Source: an uncultured Candidatus Entotheonella sp.
GTDB taxonomy: Bacteria; Tectomicrobia; Entotheonellia; Entotheonellales; Entotheonellaceae
DNA length: 64,000 nt
Reading direction: 5' to 3'
NCBI GenBank assembly: GCA_965215335.1
Contig: CBDCDA010000001.1
Location: forward strand, 1,920,001-1,984,000
The position numbers and the translations under genes are program-made. The notes under the pieces were generated by a model, which worked only from the letters and a program-made list of their open reading frames with translations, made no database searches and had not been told where the DNA came from. Below are positions 1 to 12,485 of the stretch, one piece after another. Positions within the stretch are counted from its first letter, which is position 1. Each line of letters begins with the position of its first letter.

Positions 1-466
1 CAGTTGCAGCAAGGCGGCCTCACAGGGGCCTCGATTCGGAAGAATTGCCTGATCTAAAACGGAACGCACATTAGACCTTTGCGTCCACTGCCATCTTGGT
101 GATCTTCTTTCCCTCAATGACGCCTAGCGAAATGCCTGACCCGTTTCGACAGGTCTACAGACCTTGAATTGTCAGTCGCCTCTGCATCTTGTGACATCAT
201 ATGCTTGACACAACTGGACGGTCAACGACGATCGGTCGACCAGGGCTGAGGTATTCGAAACGCGCAACCCGGCGCCGTTGCTGGCTTTCCTTGATCCAAC
301 TGCGGCCCTGAGAGTCCATATATTGTACGATGATGCGAAGTAGGCGTTACTATTGCCTTACGAGAGCGAGCAATCCTTTTCCTGTTCCTCGGCGAGGCGA
401 AACTGTCCGCCTTTTGTCCGTGCAAGAATGAGCGGAATCTGAAGGAAGGTTCAGGGGACAGGATTT

Positions 467-1381
467 TCAATCGGCATGATACCGGGGCACGACGAGTTTG
501 GCCAATCGAGCCAGCTGATCGTGGAACGCCGCGCCGGAAACCATCGGGCGCAAAACGAATTTGCTGACACCCACCGCCACGTATTCGTCGATGCGGCGCA
601 GAATGGCGCCCGGCTCACGCCAGGCGGCGTAGGACTCGAATGGCGTGTTCGGGTCGATACGCCGCATCAGTGTTTGAATCTCCGCGCTGATGTCGCCGTT
701 CCCGAAGTGAAACGGAACGATCGTTCCGTAATGGTCCTGCGGCACCTCTCGTCCATACGCCTCGGCCGCGTTGCGGATCGCGCGCACGGCTTTCCCTGCC
801 TCCGACGGCGGTTGGTACGATCCCAGGAAGCCGTCCCCCAAACGAGCTACCCGCTTGTAGGCCGCCTGAGAGCGGCCCCCGAACCAGACCGGCAAGGGTT
901 GCTGGCAAGGCTTGGGCTGAATCGTCAATTCGTGGGTGCTGTAGAACTCGCCCGCATGGGAAACCGCCTCTTCGCGCCACAAGCGGCGCATCAGCGGCAC
1001 GGCCTCGTCGGTCATGGCGCCCCGGCGCTGCGGCGTCCTGCCCACCGCCAGCCACTCCGCTTCCTGAGCCAGCCCCAACCCGAAAGCCGGCAGCATGCGG
1101 CCCTGACTGAGAAAGTCGATGGTGGCAATCTCCTTGGCCACGATGAGCGGGTCGCGCACCGGCAGCACCGCCACACTCATGCCGAATTTGATGCGCCGTG
1201 TCCGCCCTGCGATCATGGCCAGTGCCGCGATGGGCTCGAGCGCCGGGGCAGGGTTGCGGATGCGGTCATTCAGCCAGATTGAATCCAGCCCGCTTTCTTC
1301 CACGAGATCGACCATATCCCAGAAGTCGGCGACGCACCTGAACGGCCAGCCGGAAAACCCGACCCCGATCCGTATCTTCAT
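467..1381 (-). CDS. LLM-class (luciferase-like) flavin-dependent oxidoreductase
   Basis: Start MKIRIGVGF; motifs DSIWLNDR, RDPLIVAKEIATIDFLSQGR, PVWFGG..AYKRVARLGDG typical of the LLM family. Confidence 0.9.
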   Translation of the reverse strand: MKIRIGVGFSGWPFRCVADFWDMVDLVEESGLDSIWLNDRIRNPAPALEPIAALAMIAGRTRRIKFGMSVAVLPVRDPLIVAKEIATIDFLSQGRMLPAFGLGLAQEAEWLAVGRTPQRRGAMTDEAVPLMRRLWREEAVSHAGEFYSTHELTIQPKPCQQPLPVWFGGRSQAAYKRVARLGDGFLGSYQPPSEAGKAVRAIRNAAEAYGREVPQDHYGTIVPFHFGNGDISAEIQTLMRRIDPNTPFESYAAWREPGAILRRIDEYVAVGVSKFVLRPMVSGAAFHDQLARLAKLVVPRYHAD

Positions 1382-1415
1382 GCCCGTCCTTCTCCCCGTC
1401 TGACGGTTGCAACCA

Positions 1416-3233
1416 TCACGCCACCGGCGCGCAGGCGTCCCGCAGCCAGGCGCGGTGCTCCGCTGCCAGCAGCGGTTCCATCGCTTGCAGGACGCGCTCA
1501 TGATACCGGTCGAGCCAGGCGGCCTCGACGGTGGAAAGCTGTTCCCGGTCGATCAGGCGCCGGTCGAAAGGAATCAGGGTCAGCGACTCGAACCGCAGCC
1601 AGCCCCTGCCGGACGGATGCGGCGGCATGTCGTCATCGGTCACCACGACGTACAGGTTTTCCAGCCGGATGCCGCCCCAGCCTGCCTCGTAATAACCGGG
1701 TTCGTTCGACACCACCATGCCGGGCTTCAACGGCTCGCCGCTGCCGTGCGGCGACAGGCGCTGCGGACCCTCATGGACGTTGAGAAACGCCCCCACGCCG
1801 TGCCCGGTACCGTGCCCGTAGTCCAGGCCGGCGTTCCACATCAGGGAGCGTGCCACCGCATCCAGCGCCGCGCCACTGGTGCCCTCGGGAAACTTCTGCC
1901 TCGCCAACTGGACATGACAGCGCAGGACGAGGGTGTACAGTTGTCGCTGGCGGTCCGTGCACGAGCCGACAACGACCGTGCGCGTGTCGTCCGTCGTCCC
2001 GCCCATGACCTGCGCCCCGGAGTCCACCAGGAACAGGTCTCCGTCGGTGAGGAAAATGTCGTTGCTGGCCTGGCTGTAATGCACAATCGCACCGTTCGCC
2101 CCGGCCGCGGCGATGGTGGTGAAGCTCAGGTCGCTGAACCCCGACTCGCTGGCATACTCCTCGTGCAGCATCTCCGAGTACGCTCGCTCGCTCACACCCT
2201 GGCCGGCGTCGAGAAGCTGCTCAAGGCGGGCCAGACTGCGAATCTTCGCCGCCGCGGCGTGCAGATGCGCCCGCCGCATGCTGGCGATCTCGGCGTCGTT
2301 CTTCGCCGCCTTCATCGCCACCACGGGGTTGCGGTGTTCATGGACGCGCACCGTCTCCGGCAGCAGCAGGCGCGTGCCCATCGTCGTGCCGTCGGGGTCG
2401 AGCCATACCGCCTGACCGGCCGGCATCTCCAGCCGCCGCACCGCCTGAGGGTACGCCTCATAAGCCCGGAAAACGACGTCGGGCGCCAGTTCCTGCCGCA
2501 GCGCCGCGCCGGGCGCGGCGCGGGTGAAGCAGGTGGCACGCTCGTTCTCGACGATCAGGTAGGACTCGAACACCGGATTGTAGGCAATGTCGCTGCCCCG
2601 CAGGTTGGTGAGCCAGGCGATCTCGTCCAGCTTCGTGACGATCAGCGCCGCGGCCCCGGCCTCGGTCATCTGCTGGCGAACGGCCGCCAGCTTGTCGCCG
2701 ACCGGCCGACCCGTCACCTCATCAGGCAAGGCGTAGATCGGCTGCACCGGCGGCGCCGGGCGGTCCTCCCACACCTCGTCGATCAGGTTGACAGCGATCG
2801 GCACCAGGGCCGAACCAGGCGCCGACAGCGCCGCTGCGCAGGACGCATGGGACGCCATGGCGTGCAGAAACGGATCGAACCCGACCCGCAGCGCGCCACG
2901 CTGCCTTTCCATCTCCGCAAGCCAGTCCTTCAGGCTACAGGCATCGGCCAATCCAACCCTGTGGACACGAAACCGACCGGTATCGACTTCCTGTCCGGCC
3001 TGCAGGTGGTAGCGCGAATCCACGAACAGGTGGTTGCCGTACGGCGACAGCAACACGTCTCCCGCCGATCCGGTAAAGCCGCTGATGGCGGCGCGGCGGC
3101 ACTGGTAGGCCGGCACGTATTCGTTCAGGTGGGCATCGGAAGAGGGGACCAGATAGGCGTCGACCTGGTGCTCGCCCAGCCGTCGATAGACTTGCTCGAG
3201 CCGTTGGACGAGACGATCGGAGGCATCGGACAT
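1416..3233 (-). CDS. Xaa-Pro aminopeptidase (aminopeptidase P, M24B)
   Basis: PSSDAHLNEY, GFTGSAG, DSGAQ..GTTDDTRT, HGTGHGVG..LNVHEGP and SNEPGYY metal-site motifs. Confidence 0.95.
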   Translation of the reverse strand: MSDASDRLVQRLEQVYRRLGEHQVDAYLVPSSDAHLNEYVPAYQCRRAAISGFTGSAGDVLLSPYGNHLFVDSRYHLQAGQEVDTGRFRVHRVGLADACSLKDWLAEMERQRGALRVGFDPFLHAMASHASCAAALSAPGSALVPIAVNLIDEVWEDRPAPPVQPIYALPDEVTGRPVGDKLAAVRQQMTEAGAAALIVTKLDEIAWLTNLRGSDIAYNPVFESYLIVENERATCFTRAAPGAALRQELAPDVVFRAYEAYPQAVRRLEMPAGQAVWLDPDGTTMGTRLLLPETVRVHEHRNPVVAMKAAKNDAEIASMRRAHLHAAAAKIRSLARLEQLLDAGQGVSERAYSEMLHEEYASESGFSDLSFTTIAAAGANGAIVHYSQASNDIFLTDGDLFLVDSGAQVMGGTTDDTRTVVVGSCTDRQRQLYTLVLRCHVQLARQKFPEGTSGAALDAVARSLMWNAGLDYGHGTGHGVGAFLNVHEGPQRLSPHGSGEPLKPGMVVSNEPGYYEAGWGGIRLENLYVVVTDDDMPPHPSGRGWLRFESLTLIPFDRRLIDREQLSTVEAAWLDRYHERVLQAMEPLLAAEHRAWLRDACAPVA

Positions 3234-3304
3234 GATCACACCTGCTCCTCTATGAACTGCCGGACTGTGTTACGATGATCAGCCTGGCAGGGCCTCGGGA
3301 CATT

Positions 3305-4249
3305 TTACTGGCTCGACGTTTCCCACATGGTGTCCACGTTGCCGTCGCCGTCGGTGTCGCTCTCGACCTTGTGCGGCTCGTCGCTGCCGGGCTCGAAGTG
3401 CTCCCACTGGTCCGGGCGGCCGTCACCATTCTGATCGTATTCGATACGCGCCACATGCCCGTCGGCGTGGTAGTGGTGCCATTGGTCGGCCTGGCCGTTG
3501 TTGCTGGTGTCAAAGGCGCTGCTGGCGAGCACGCCCGCCTGGTATTCCATCCAGGCGTGCGGCCTGCCGTCCGCATCGAGGTTTTGCAGCACGCGGGCGA
3601 TGCGGCCCTCGCCGTCGTAATGGATGACCTGATCGATCCTGCCGTCGGCGTCCTCGTCGATGTCCACCTGCCCGACCTTGCCGTCCGCGTAGCGGTGCCA
3701 CTGGTCCACCTTGCCGTTGCCGGTGCTGTCGATCTCGATCAGCGACGTGGCGCCCGAGGGCTCGAACGATTGCCACTGCTCGGGCCTGCCGTCGAAATCC
3801 TGGTCCAGGGCGATGCGCGCCACCCTGCCCTGCACGAACGTCTGCCACTGGTCGGGATTGCCGTCGCCGTTGGTGTCCTTTTCGAGCCGTTCAAGATGCT
3901 TGTCGGCGCCGTAGAACAACTGCTGCTCGAACCGGCCGTCACCGTCCTCGTCGCTGGTGACACGCCGCAGGACGCCGGCGGCGTCATAGAATTCGCGCTG
4001 GTCCGCCTTGCCCGATCCGTTGGTATCGAACTCGGCCTGCACCGCCTTGCCGTCCTGGTAGGTCACCCAGTGATCGACGCGCTGGTCGTGGTCACGGTCC
4101 TTCTCCAGACGCCTCAGGGCGTCCGACTCGTAGTATTCCCATTGGTCGATCTGGCCGTCGCCGTTGGTATCGAAACGCTGCACGACTTCCGCCGCGCTTG
4201 CCGGCAGGCACAGCACGGCCAGCCAGACCACCGCCAGCACAACACGCAT
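3305..4249 (-). CDS. Secreted protein with 12 DxDxDG (EF-loop-like) repeats
   Basis: Signal peptide MRVVLAVVWLAVLCLPASA, then ~24-25 aa repeats such as DTNGDGQIDQWEYY and DQNGDGRPDQWEHF. Confidence 0.8.
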   Translation of the reverse strand: MRVVLAVVWLAVLCLPASAAEVVQRFDTNGDGQIDQWEYYESDALRRLEKDRDHDQRVDHWVTYQDGKAVQAEFDTNGSGKADQREFYDAAGVLRRVTSDEDGDGRFEQQLFYGADKHLERLEKDTNGDGNPDQWQTFVQGRVARIALDQDFDGRPEQWQSFEPSGATSLIEIDSTGNGKVDQWHRYADGKVGQVDIDEDADGRIDQVIHYDGEGRIARVLQNLDADGRPHAWMEYQAGVLASSAFDTSNNGQADQWHHYHADGHVARIEYDQNGDGRPDQWEHFEPGSDEPHKVESDTDGDGNVDTMWETSSQ

Positions 4250-4260
4250 GATTGGTCTCC

Positions 4261-5220
4261 TCACCTGTCATCGATCCGATAGGTAATCGGCACTTCCACC
4301 AGGAGCTCGCGACGCCGGACGTCGGAAGGAAACGGCGGCAACTGGCCGACCCGCCTCAGGGCTTGTCGCGCGGCGTCGCCAAACGACTTGTGCCCGGTGA
4401 TCTCGGCGACCTCCGGGTTGAGCACTTCCCCGTCCCGACGCACGGTGAAGCGCAGCACGACCCGGCCGTTCAGCCCGCCGCGTTCGGCGATCCTCGGATA
4501 GCGCTTGTGGCTTTCCAGGCTCTGAAAAACGAAACCCAGGTAAGCCTGGATGGCGTCCTGTTCCTGTTCGGCCTGCGCCTGCAGGAGGGCCGCTGCCGGG
4601 GAGGGTTGGCGCGGCTGCGGCAGGGCCGCCACGCGGGTCGGCACGGGCGCGACGGTTTGCGGCACGGCCGCCGTCTGGCGGCGCGGCGCCTGATGGCCTG
4701 TCGTCCGGGTGGCGGTGCGCGACCGTGGCCGCGGCGCCGCGCGGCGCCGCGGTGCTGGCTTGATGACCACCGGCGGTGGCGGCGGTTCGACCGGCGCCAC
4801 CGCCGGGCGCGGCGGATGCCGCCGCGCGACGACGCGTTCGCGCGGCGCGATGGTGCGGTGTTTTCGCTGTTCGGGCGGCCTGGGAACGACGGGCTTCACC
4901 GGCGCCGGCGCCAGTTGCGGCTTCACGACGCGCTCGGGTCGCGTTTCCACCCGCTCAATCGGCTTGGGGGTTCGCAGGTCCGCCACGGGTTCGAGCGGCG
5001 CCGGTTCGATGGGGACCGGGTCAGCGACGGCGACCTGCGTCAGCATGGGAACGGACGTCGGCACCGGCTTGGCGAAGCGCACGACGTAGCGCGTCAGGCG
5101 GAAAACATCGGGGGGGCGATTGAACCAGGGAAGGTTCGGCAAGCCGGTAATGGCCAGGCCATGCAGGAGGGTCGAAACCCCGAGCATCAGCAACAACGGC
5201 AGCCGGCCCGCATCGATCAT
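4261..5220 (-). CDS. tonB: TonB energy transducer
   Basis: N-terminal TM with SxxxH (STLLH), Pro-rich linker, C-terminal YPRIAERGGLNGRVVLRFTV domain. Confidence 0.9.
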   Translation of the reverse strand: MIDAGRLPLLLMLGVSTLLHGLAITGLPNLPWFNRPPDVFRLTRYVVRFAKPVPTSVPMLTQVAVADPVPIEPAPLEPVADLRTPKPIERVETRPERVVKPQLAPAPVKPVVPRPPEQRKHRTIAPRERVVARRHPPRPAVAPVEPPPPPVVIKPAPRRRAAPRPRSRTATRTTGHQAPRRQTAAVPQTVAPVPTRVAALPQPRQPSPAAALLQAQAEQEQDAIQAYLGFVFQSLESHKRYPRIAERGGLNGRVVLRFTVRRDGEVLNPEVAEITGHKSFGDAARQALRRVGQLPPFPSDVRRRELLVEVPITYRIDDR

Positions 5221-5645
5221 AAGCCAGCCTCCCTCCCCCGCTGCGTTTCGATGGTGAGCTGGACGGCGCCCGCCCCTTTGACGGCGTCCATGACGCTGAC
5301 GAAGTAGCGGAAGGCGCTCTGCTCGTCGGCGCGCACCATCACCGGCACTTCCGGGTCGGCGGCGACCGCCGCCTCGATGCGGCCTTGCAGTTGCTCCAGC
5401 GGCACAAATTGCTTGTTGATGAACACGTCGCCGTCGCTGCTGACGGAAATGGTGAGAAGGTCGTTCTGCGGCGGGTCGGATTCGCTGTGCGCCGCATCCG
5501 GCAGATCGACCTCCAGCGTCGGCTGAACGAACACCGAGGCCAGCAGGAAGAAGATCAGCAGCAGCAGCATCACGTCGAGCAGCGGCATGAGGCTCGGCCC
5601 GGACGCCCCGCCGCGCCGGGCTTGCTCCTCGCTGAGGTTAAGCAT
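5217..5645 (-). CDS. exbD: ExbD/TolR biopolymer transporter
   Basis: LMPLLDVMLLLLIFF TM motif; VMVRAD..VSVMDAVK. Confidence 0.93.
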   Translation of the reverse strand: MLNLSEEQARRGGASGPSLMPLLDVMLLLLIFFLLASVFVQPTLEVDLPDAAHSESDPPQNDLLTISVSSDGDVFINKQFVPLEQLQGRIEAAVAADPEVPVMVRADEQSAFRYFVSVMDAVKGAGAVQLTIETQRGREAGL

Positions 5646-6309
5646 CGATGGTCTCCGGCTCCGGGCGGCCCGTCAACAGGCGGATGAGCGCGGCGCTGAA
5701 ATAATCCATTTCGAAGGCGCAGCGCTTGACGCGCTGATCCAGGGCGTAGTGGAAGATCACCGCCGGAATGGCCACGCTGAGGCCGGCGCCGGTGGTCAGC
5801 AACGCCTCCCATATGCCGTTGGCGAGCATGCTCGGATTCACCGCTCCCTGCGCCGCTGCCACCTGCTGGAAAGCCTTGATCATGCCGATCACGGTGCCCA
5901 GCAGGCCGAGGAGGGGCGCCAGCCCGGCGAGCAGGCTGAGCGCCGGTAGGCGCTGGTTGAGCAGGCGCAATTCCCGCCTCGCCTCCATCAGGGCCGCCTC
6001 TTCCAGGTCGGCCTTGTCCCGCGACTGCGATTCCAGCACGGCCCGCAGCACCGCGGCCAGGGGGCCGCGGAAGAAGCGCAGATGGGCGTAGGCGCCGGCC
6101 AGGTCATCGCGGGCGATCATGCCCTCGATCGGACCGAACAGCACTTCGGTATTGGTGCGGGCGCGCCGGATACGCACCCACCGTTCGAGGGTGATCGACA
6201 GCACCAGCACCGAGCACAGCAGCAGCAGGTACATCAGACCGCCGCCCTTGTCGAGAAAGGCCCAGCCGGCCTGCCAGTCGATGTCCTGCCAGATTGCCGT
6301 CCAAGACAT
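5638..6309 (-). CDS. exbB: ExbB/MotA/TolQ proton channel
   Basis: APLLGLLGTVIGMIKAF and GIWEALLTTGAGLSVAIPA motifs. Confidence 0.93.
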   Translation of the reverse strand: MSWTAIWQDIDWQAGWAFLDKGGGLMYLLLLCSVLVLSITLERWVRIRRARTNTEVLFGPIEGMIARDDLAGAYAHLRFFRGPLAAVLRAVLESQSRDKADLEEAALMEARRELRLLNQRLPALSLLAGLAPLLGLLGTVIGMIKAFQQVAAAQGAVNPSMLANGIWEALLTTGAGLSVAIPAVIFHYALDQRVKRCAFEMDYFSAALIRLLTGRPEPETIDA

Positions 6310-6346
6310 GGTGTAGTCCCCTGTGCGGGAAGGTAAAGGCGGGCGT

Positions 6347-9030
<2,684 letters not shown>

Positions 9031-9255
9031 TTAGCTTTCTCCCTGTAACCTTGCACACGCCAGCCGGTGGCCACCGGCGCGCCGGATGGCGTTATGCTAT
9101 CGTGGCACCCTTTCAGTGTGGCGGATGACTTCCTCGGATTGCCGGGTAGCGCCTGAACAGAGGCCAAAACCAGCGGCGCCTTTCCGAAACGATCACCGAT
9201 ATGAAGCTGTATAGTATACCGCATCTTGCCAACGGATGACAGAAGGAGACCAACC

Positions 9256-10017
9256 GTGACCATACGCCCGAATCGGGTGAAAGATCGACTACGCCAGGGC
9301 CGGCACGCCCTGTGCTTCGCGGCCTGGGGATACAGCGGCGCCGACCACCTGGAGCGCCTGGCGCCGGCGCGACCGGACGGCGTCTGGCTGGAAGGCGAGC
9401 ATGGGGACGTGGGCTTCTCCGACCTCGCCAACCTGACGCGCGCCATCGACCTGATCGGCGCGACGCCCATCATCCGCGTGCACCAGAACGAGGCGGGCGT
9501 GATCTACCGCTGCCTCGACCTCGGCGCCATGGGCATCGTGGTGCCGCACGTCAACAGCCGCGCCGAGGCGGAGGCGGTCGTGCAGGCGGGCAAGTTCTGG
9601 CCCCTCGGGAAGCGCGGCTCCTATACCAGCCGGCAGGGCATCGGGGTGCCGGATTACCACAATCTGGCAAATGACCAGACCCTGCTGATGGTGCTGATCG
9701 AGGACGTAATCGCGGTGGAAAACCTGGACGCGATTCTCGACGTGGCGCACATCGACGTGTTCTTCGTGGCCCCCGGCGACCTGGCGCAGACCATGGGCCT
9801 GCCGGGCCTGGCCGGCGACCCGCGCGTGCAGAAGGTGGTGGACGAAACGCTGGCCCGCGTCGTCAAACGCGGCAGAACCGCCGGCGCCCTGGTGACCCCG
9901 GCCAGCGCCGCGCCTCTGTACGACCTGGGGGTGCGCTTCTTCATGTCCGGCCCCGCCACGTGGATCGAGGCTGGTTTCAAGCAACTCGACCAGGTTGCCG
10001 CAGGAGGTGGGTCATGA
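9256..10017 (+). CDS. HpcH/HpaI aldolase family protein
   Basis: GTG start after AAGGAG; WLEGEHG, LDLGAMGIVVPHV, MVLIED, DVFFVAPGDL. Confidence 0.9.
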   Translation: MTIRPNRVKDRLRQGRHALCFAAWGYSGADHLERLAPARPDGVWLEGEHGDVGFSDLANLTRAIDLIGATPIIRVHQNEAGVIYRCLDLGAMGIVVPHVNSRAEAEAVVQAGKFWPLGKRGSYTSRQGIGVPDYHNLANDQTLLMVLIEDVIAVENLDAILDVAHIDVFFVAPGDLAQTMGLPGLAGDPRVQKVVDETLARVVKRGRTAGALVTPASAAPLYDLGVRFFMSGPATWIEAGFKQLDQVAAGGGS

Positions 10018-10790
10018 CACCAATCAGACCGAACCGCGCCAAACGGCGGCTGGCCGCCGGCCAGCACGTCGTCGCCATCGAGGGGCTGAACCACCCGGAC
10101 GCCATCGAGCGCCTGGCGCCGCTGCGGCCCCAGGCGTTCTGGCTGGAGGGCGAGCACTGGAGCGCCGCGCCGACCAACATCGGCGACCTGACGCGCGCCT
10201 GTGACGTGTCGGGCAGTACCTCCATCGTGCGCGTCGGCCGCGCTGACAAGCAACTCATCTATCACGCCCTCGACCTCGGCGCGCAGGGCGTCGCCGTGCC
10301 GCACGTCTCCACCGCCGAGGACGCCGCCCGCGTGGTCGATGCCGCCAAGTTCGCGCCCATCGGCCACCGCGGCATTTACGTCAGCCGCCAGGGCATCGAC
10401 GTGCCGGATTACTTCCAGCGGGCAAACGACGAAACACTGGTGGTCGTGTTCATCGAGGACGCCGAGGCGCTGGACAACCTCGACGCCATCCTGGAGGTGG
10501 ATCACATCGACGTGTTCTTCGTGGGGCCGGGCGACCTGTCGCAGGCCCTCGGGCATGTCGGCGAGTTCATGCACCCGGCGGTCACTAGGGTGGTGGACGA
10601 CACCATCCGGCGCATCATCGACCGCGGCCGCACGGCGGGCACGGTGGGATTCCGGGACAACATGGCGCACGTCGCCGCGGTCGGGTCCAAGTTCTTCCTG
10701 TGCGGGGCGACGTCGTGGATCCTGCAGGGGTTCAACGACCTGCGGGAAACGCTGGAGGGGATCGAGCGCCAGGCCGCCGGGTCCAAGTGA
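10014..10790 (+). CDS. HpcH/HpaI aldolase family protein (tandem paralog)
   Basis: ATGA overlap with the previous gene; WLEGEHW, LDLGAQGVAVPHV, DVFFVGPGDL. Confidence 0.9.
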   Translation: MTPIRPNRAKRRLAAGQHVVAIEGLNHPDAIERLAPLRPQAFWLEGEHWSAAPTNIGDLTRACDVSGSTSIVRVGRADKQLIYHALDLGAQGVAVPHVSTAEDAARVVDAAKFAPIGHRGIYVSRQGIDVPDYFQRANDETLVVVFIEDAEALDNLDAILEVDHIDVFFVGPGDLSQALGHVGEFMHPAVTRVVDDTIRRIIDRGRTAGTVGFRDNMAHVAAVGSKFFLCGATSWILQGFNDLRETLEGIERQAAGSK

Positions 10791-10885
10791 GTACCAGCTG
10801 GGGCTGGCACTGAGGCGGGTGGAGGCAAGGCGCGTTTCAACGAGTCGGCAGTGGGGTCATCTCCCTGGTGGGCACGAGGCGTTTT

Positions 10886-11371
10886 TCAACTGACGATCTG
10901 CCATTGGCCGTCGGGCTGGCGACAGGCGCGTCCGTAGGCCGTTTCCATTTGGCCGCCGACGGTGATGGTCTGCTGGAATTCACGGCAGTAGGTACCGTCG
11001 GCCTGCTGGACGGCAGGCCGCGGGACGATACTCCCGGAATTGCCGCTGTCCGGGTTCTGCCACGTGCTGCGGGTGCCGGACGGCGTGGTTTCCAGGGCTT
11101 GTTGTTGCGTCTGGCGCATGTAGGCGAGATCGGCGCGGTCAAGAGATTTGCCGACCTCGCTGCCGAGCAGCGAGCCGATCAGGGTGCCGGCAGCGATGGC
11201 CACCAGTTGGCCGCGCCCGTCGCCGATGGCCGAGCCGGCGACCGCGCCGAGGCCGGCTCCCAGGACGGTGCCGACCTGCTGCTTGGGGCCGCCTTCACAG
11301 CCGCCGAGCAACAAGGCACCGGCAAGTACGGAGACCAGCAGGCAGGCGAGAGGTTTGCGGGTATGTTGCAT
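10886..11371 (-). CDS. RT0821/Lpp0805-family (17 kDa surface antigen) glycine-zipper lipoprotein
   Basis: Lipobox LGGC, glycine zipper, WQNPDSGNSG, CREFQQTITVGG, GRACRQPDGQW. Confidence 0.9.
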   Translation of the reverse strand: MQHTRKPLACLLVSVLAGALLLGGCEGGPKQQVGTVLGAGLGAVAGSAIGDGRGQLVAIAAGTLIGSLLGSEVGKSLDRADLAYMRQTQQQALETTPSGTRSTWQNPDSGNSGSIVPRPAVQQADGTYCREFQQTITVGGQMETAYGRACRQPDGQWQIVS

Positions 11372-11525
11372 GGCGATTCCTTTCCGAACGGGATTGACGA
11401 CGTTGTCCGGCCGGGTTCCCGGCCCGCGCGGGCGGGCGCGAGGCCGGACCTGCTGGCCAAGCCAGGCCATTGTAGCCGATTTTGGCTTCTGACAGAACGG
11501 GAGAGGATGTTTGGGCACCCCTTGA

Positions 11526-12485
11526 TCAGGCCAGCCTGGCGGCAACGCGGTCGGCCAGCATGCGGATAAAGGCGGGGTGGCTGTGCACCGACTCGGCGCG
11601 CACGAAGCGGACGCCGTGCGCGGCGGCGCAGCGGCGGCCCTCGACGCCGAGGTCGTACAGCACCTCGATGTTGTCGCACAGAAAACCGATGGCCTGGCTG
11701 ATGATGGCGGATTTGCCGGCAGCGGCGTAGGCGGCGATGACGTCCTCCACTACCGGCTGCGTCCAGGGCACGGTCGAATCGCCGGACCGGGACTGGTAGG
11801 CAACGCGATAATCGGGCCCGCCAAGCCGCGCGGCGACCAGGGCGGCGGTCTCTTCGATTTGCTGGCAGTAAGGAGCGGTCCGCGACAACGACTCGGGCAC
11901 GGCGTGCGCGGTGAGCAGGAGTGCCGTGCCCGGGGCGCACAATTCGATCCCTTCGCGCCGGCTCGCCTCGCTGATGCGGTCGGCAATCGCCTCGGCAAAC
12001 CCGGCTTCATTCCACCACGGCTCGATCACCCCGGCCACCTTCGGGGCGCCCGCCCCCGCCTGCTCGATGCCCTCCCCGACGATCCGCAGGTACAGGTCCC
12101 AGCTCACCGACGACTGGTGCGGCGCCATGACGAGCACCAGCATCTCGCGCACGCCCGCCGCTTTCATCTCGGCAACGACGTCGCGCACGTAGGGCCGCCA
12201 GTGGTGATAGCCGCACCAGACCGGCACGTCGAGACCGCGTGAGCCCAGCTCCGCGGCCAGCGCCCCGGCCTGCTTGCGGGTGTAGGCATTGAACTCGGAA
12301 AAGCCGCCGAATTCGTCATAGTGGGCGGCCACCTCAGCGATGCGGCGGCGACGCGCCGGGTTGTGGCCGAGGATGCCGGAGACGAAGCAGTGCGCCTCGC
12401 CCGGGCATGGCGTGAAGCGTGCGCAGCAGCCGGGCGTCGGGCCGCCGAACGCCACCATCAGGAGGGCAGGGATCGGGCAGTTCAT
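11526..12485 (-). CDS. hemH: Ferrochelatase (coproporphyrin/CpfC-like) with N-terminal Cys-rich insertion
   Basis: LLMVAFGGP, TAHAVP, AYQSRSG..PWTQP, IGFLCDNIEVLYDL. Confidence 0.88.
   Translation of the reverse strand: MNCPIPALLMVAFGGPTPGCCARFTPCPGEAHCFVSGILGHNPARRRRIAEVAAHYDEFGGFSEFNAYTRKQAGALAAELGSRGLDVPVWCGYHHWRPYVRDVVAEMKAAGVREMLVLVMAPHQSSVSWDLYLRIVGEGIEQAGAGAPKVAGVIEPWWNEAGFAEAIADRISEASRREGIELCAPGTALLLTAHAVPESLSRTAPYCQQIEETAALVAARLGGPDYRVAYQSRSGDSTVPWTQPVVEDVIAAYAAAGKSAIISQAIGFLCDNIEVLYDLGVEGRRCAAAHGVRFVRAESVHSHPAFIRMLADRVAARLA

Noticed and set aside
1..466. Lower-GC segment with an 82-aa ORF
   Set aside because: No recognisable protein or RNA; may be the edge of foreign DNA but cannot be judged at the window boundary
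4560..5060. Pro/Arg-rich low-complexity stretch as a novel repeat
   Set aside because: Ordinary TonB periplasmic linker
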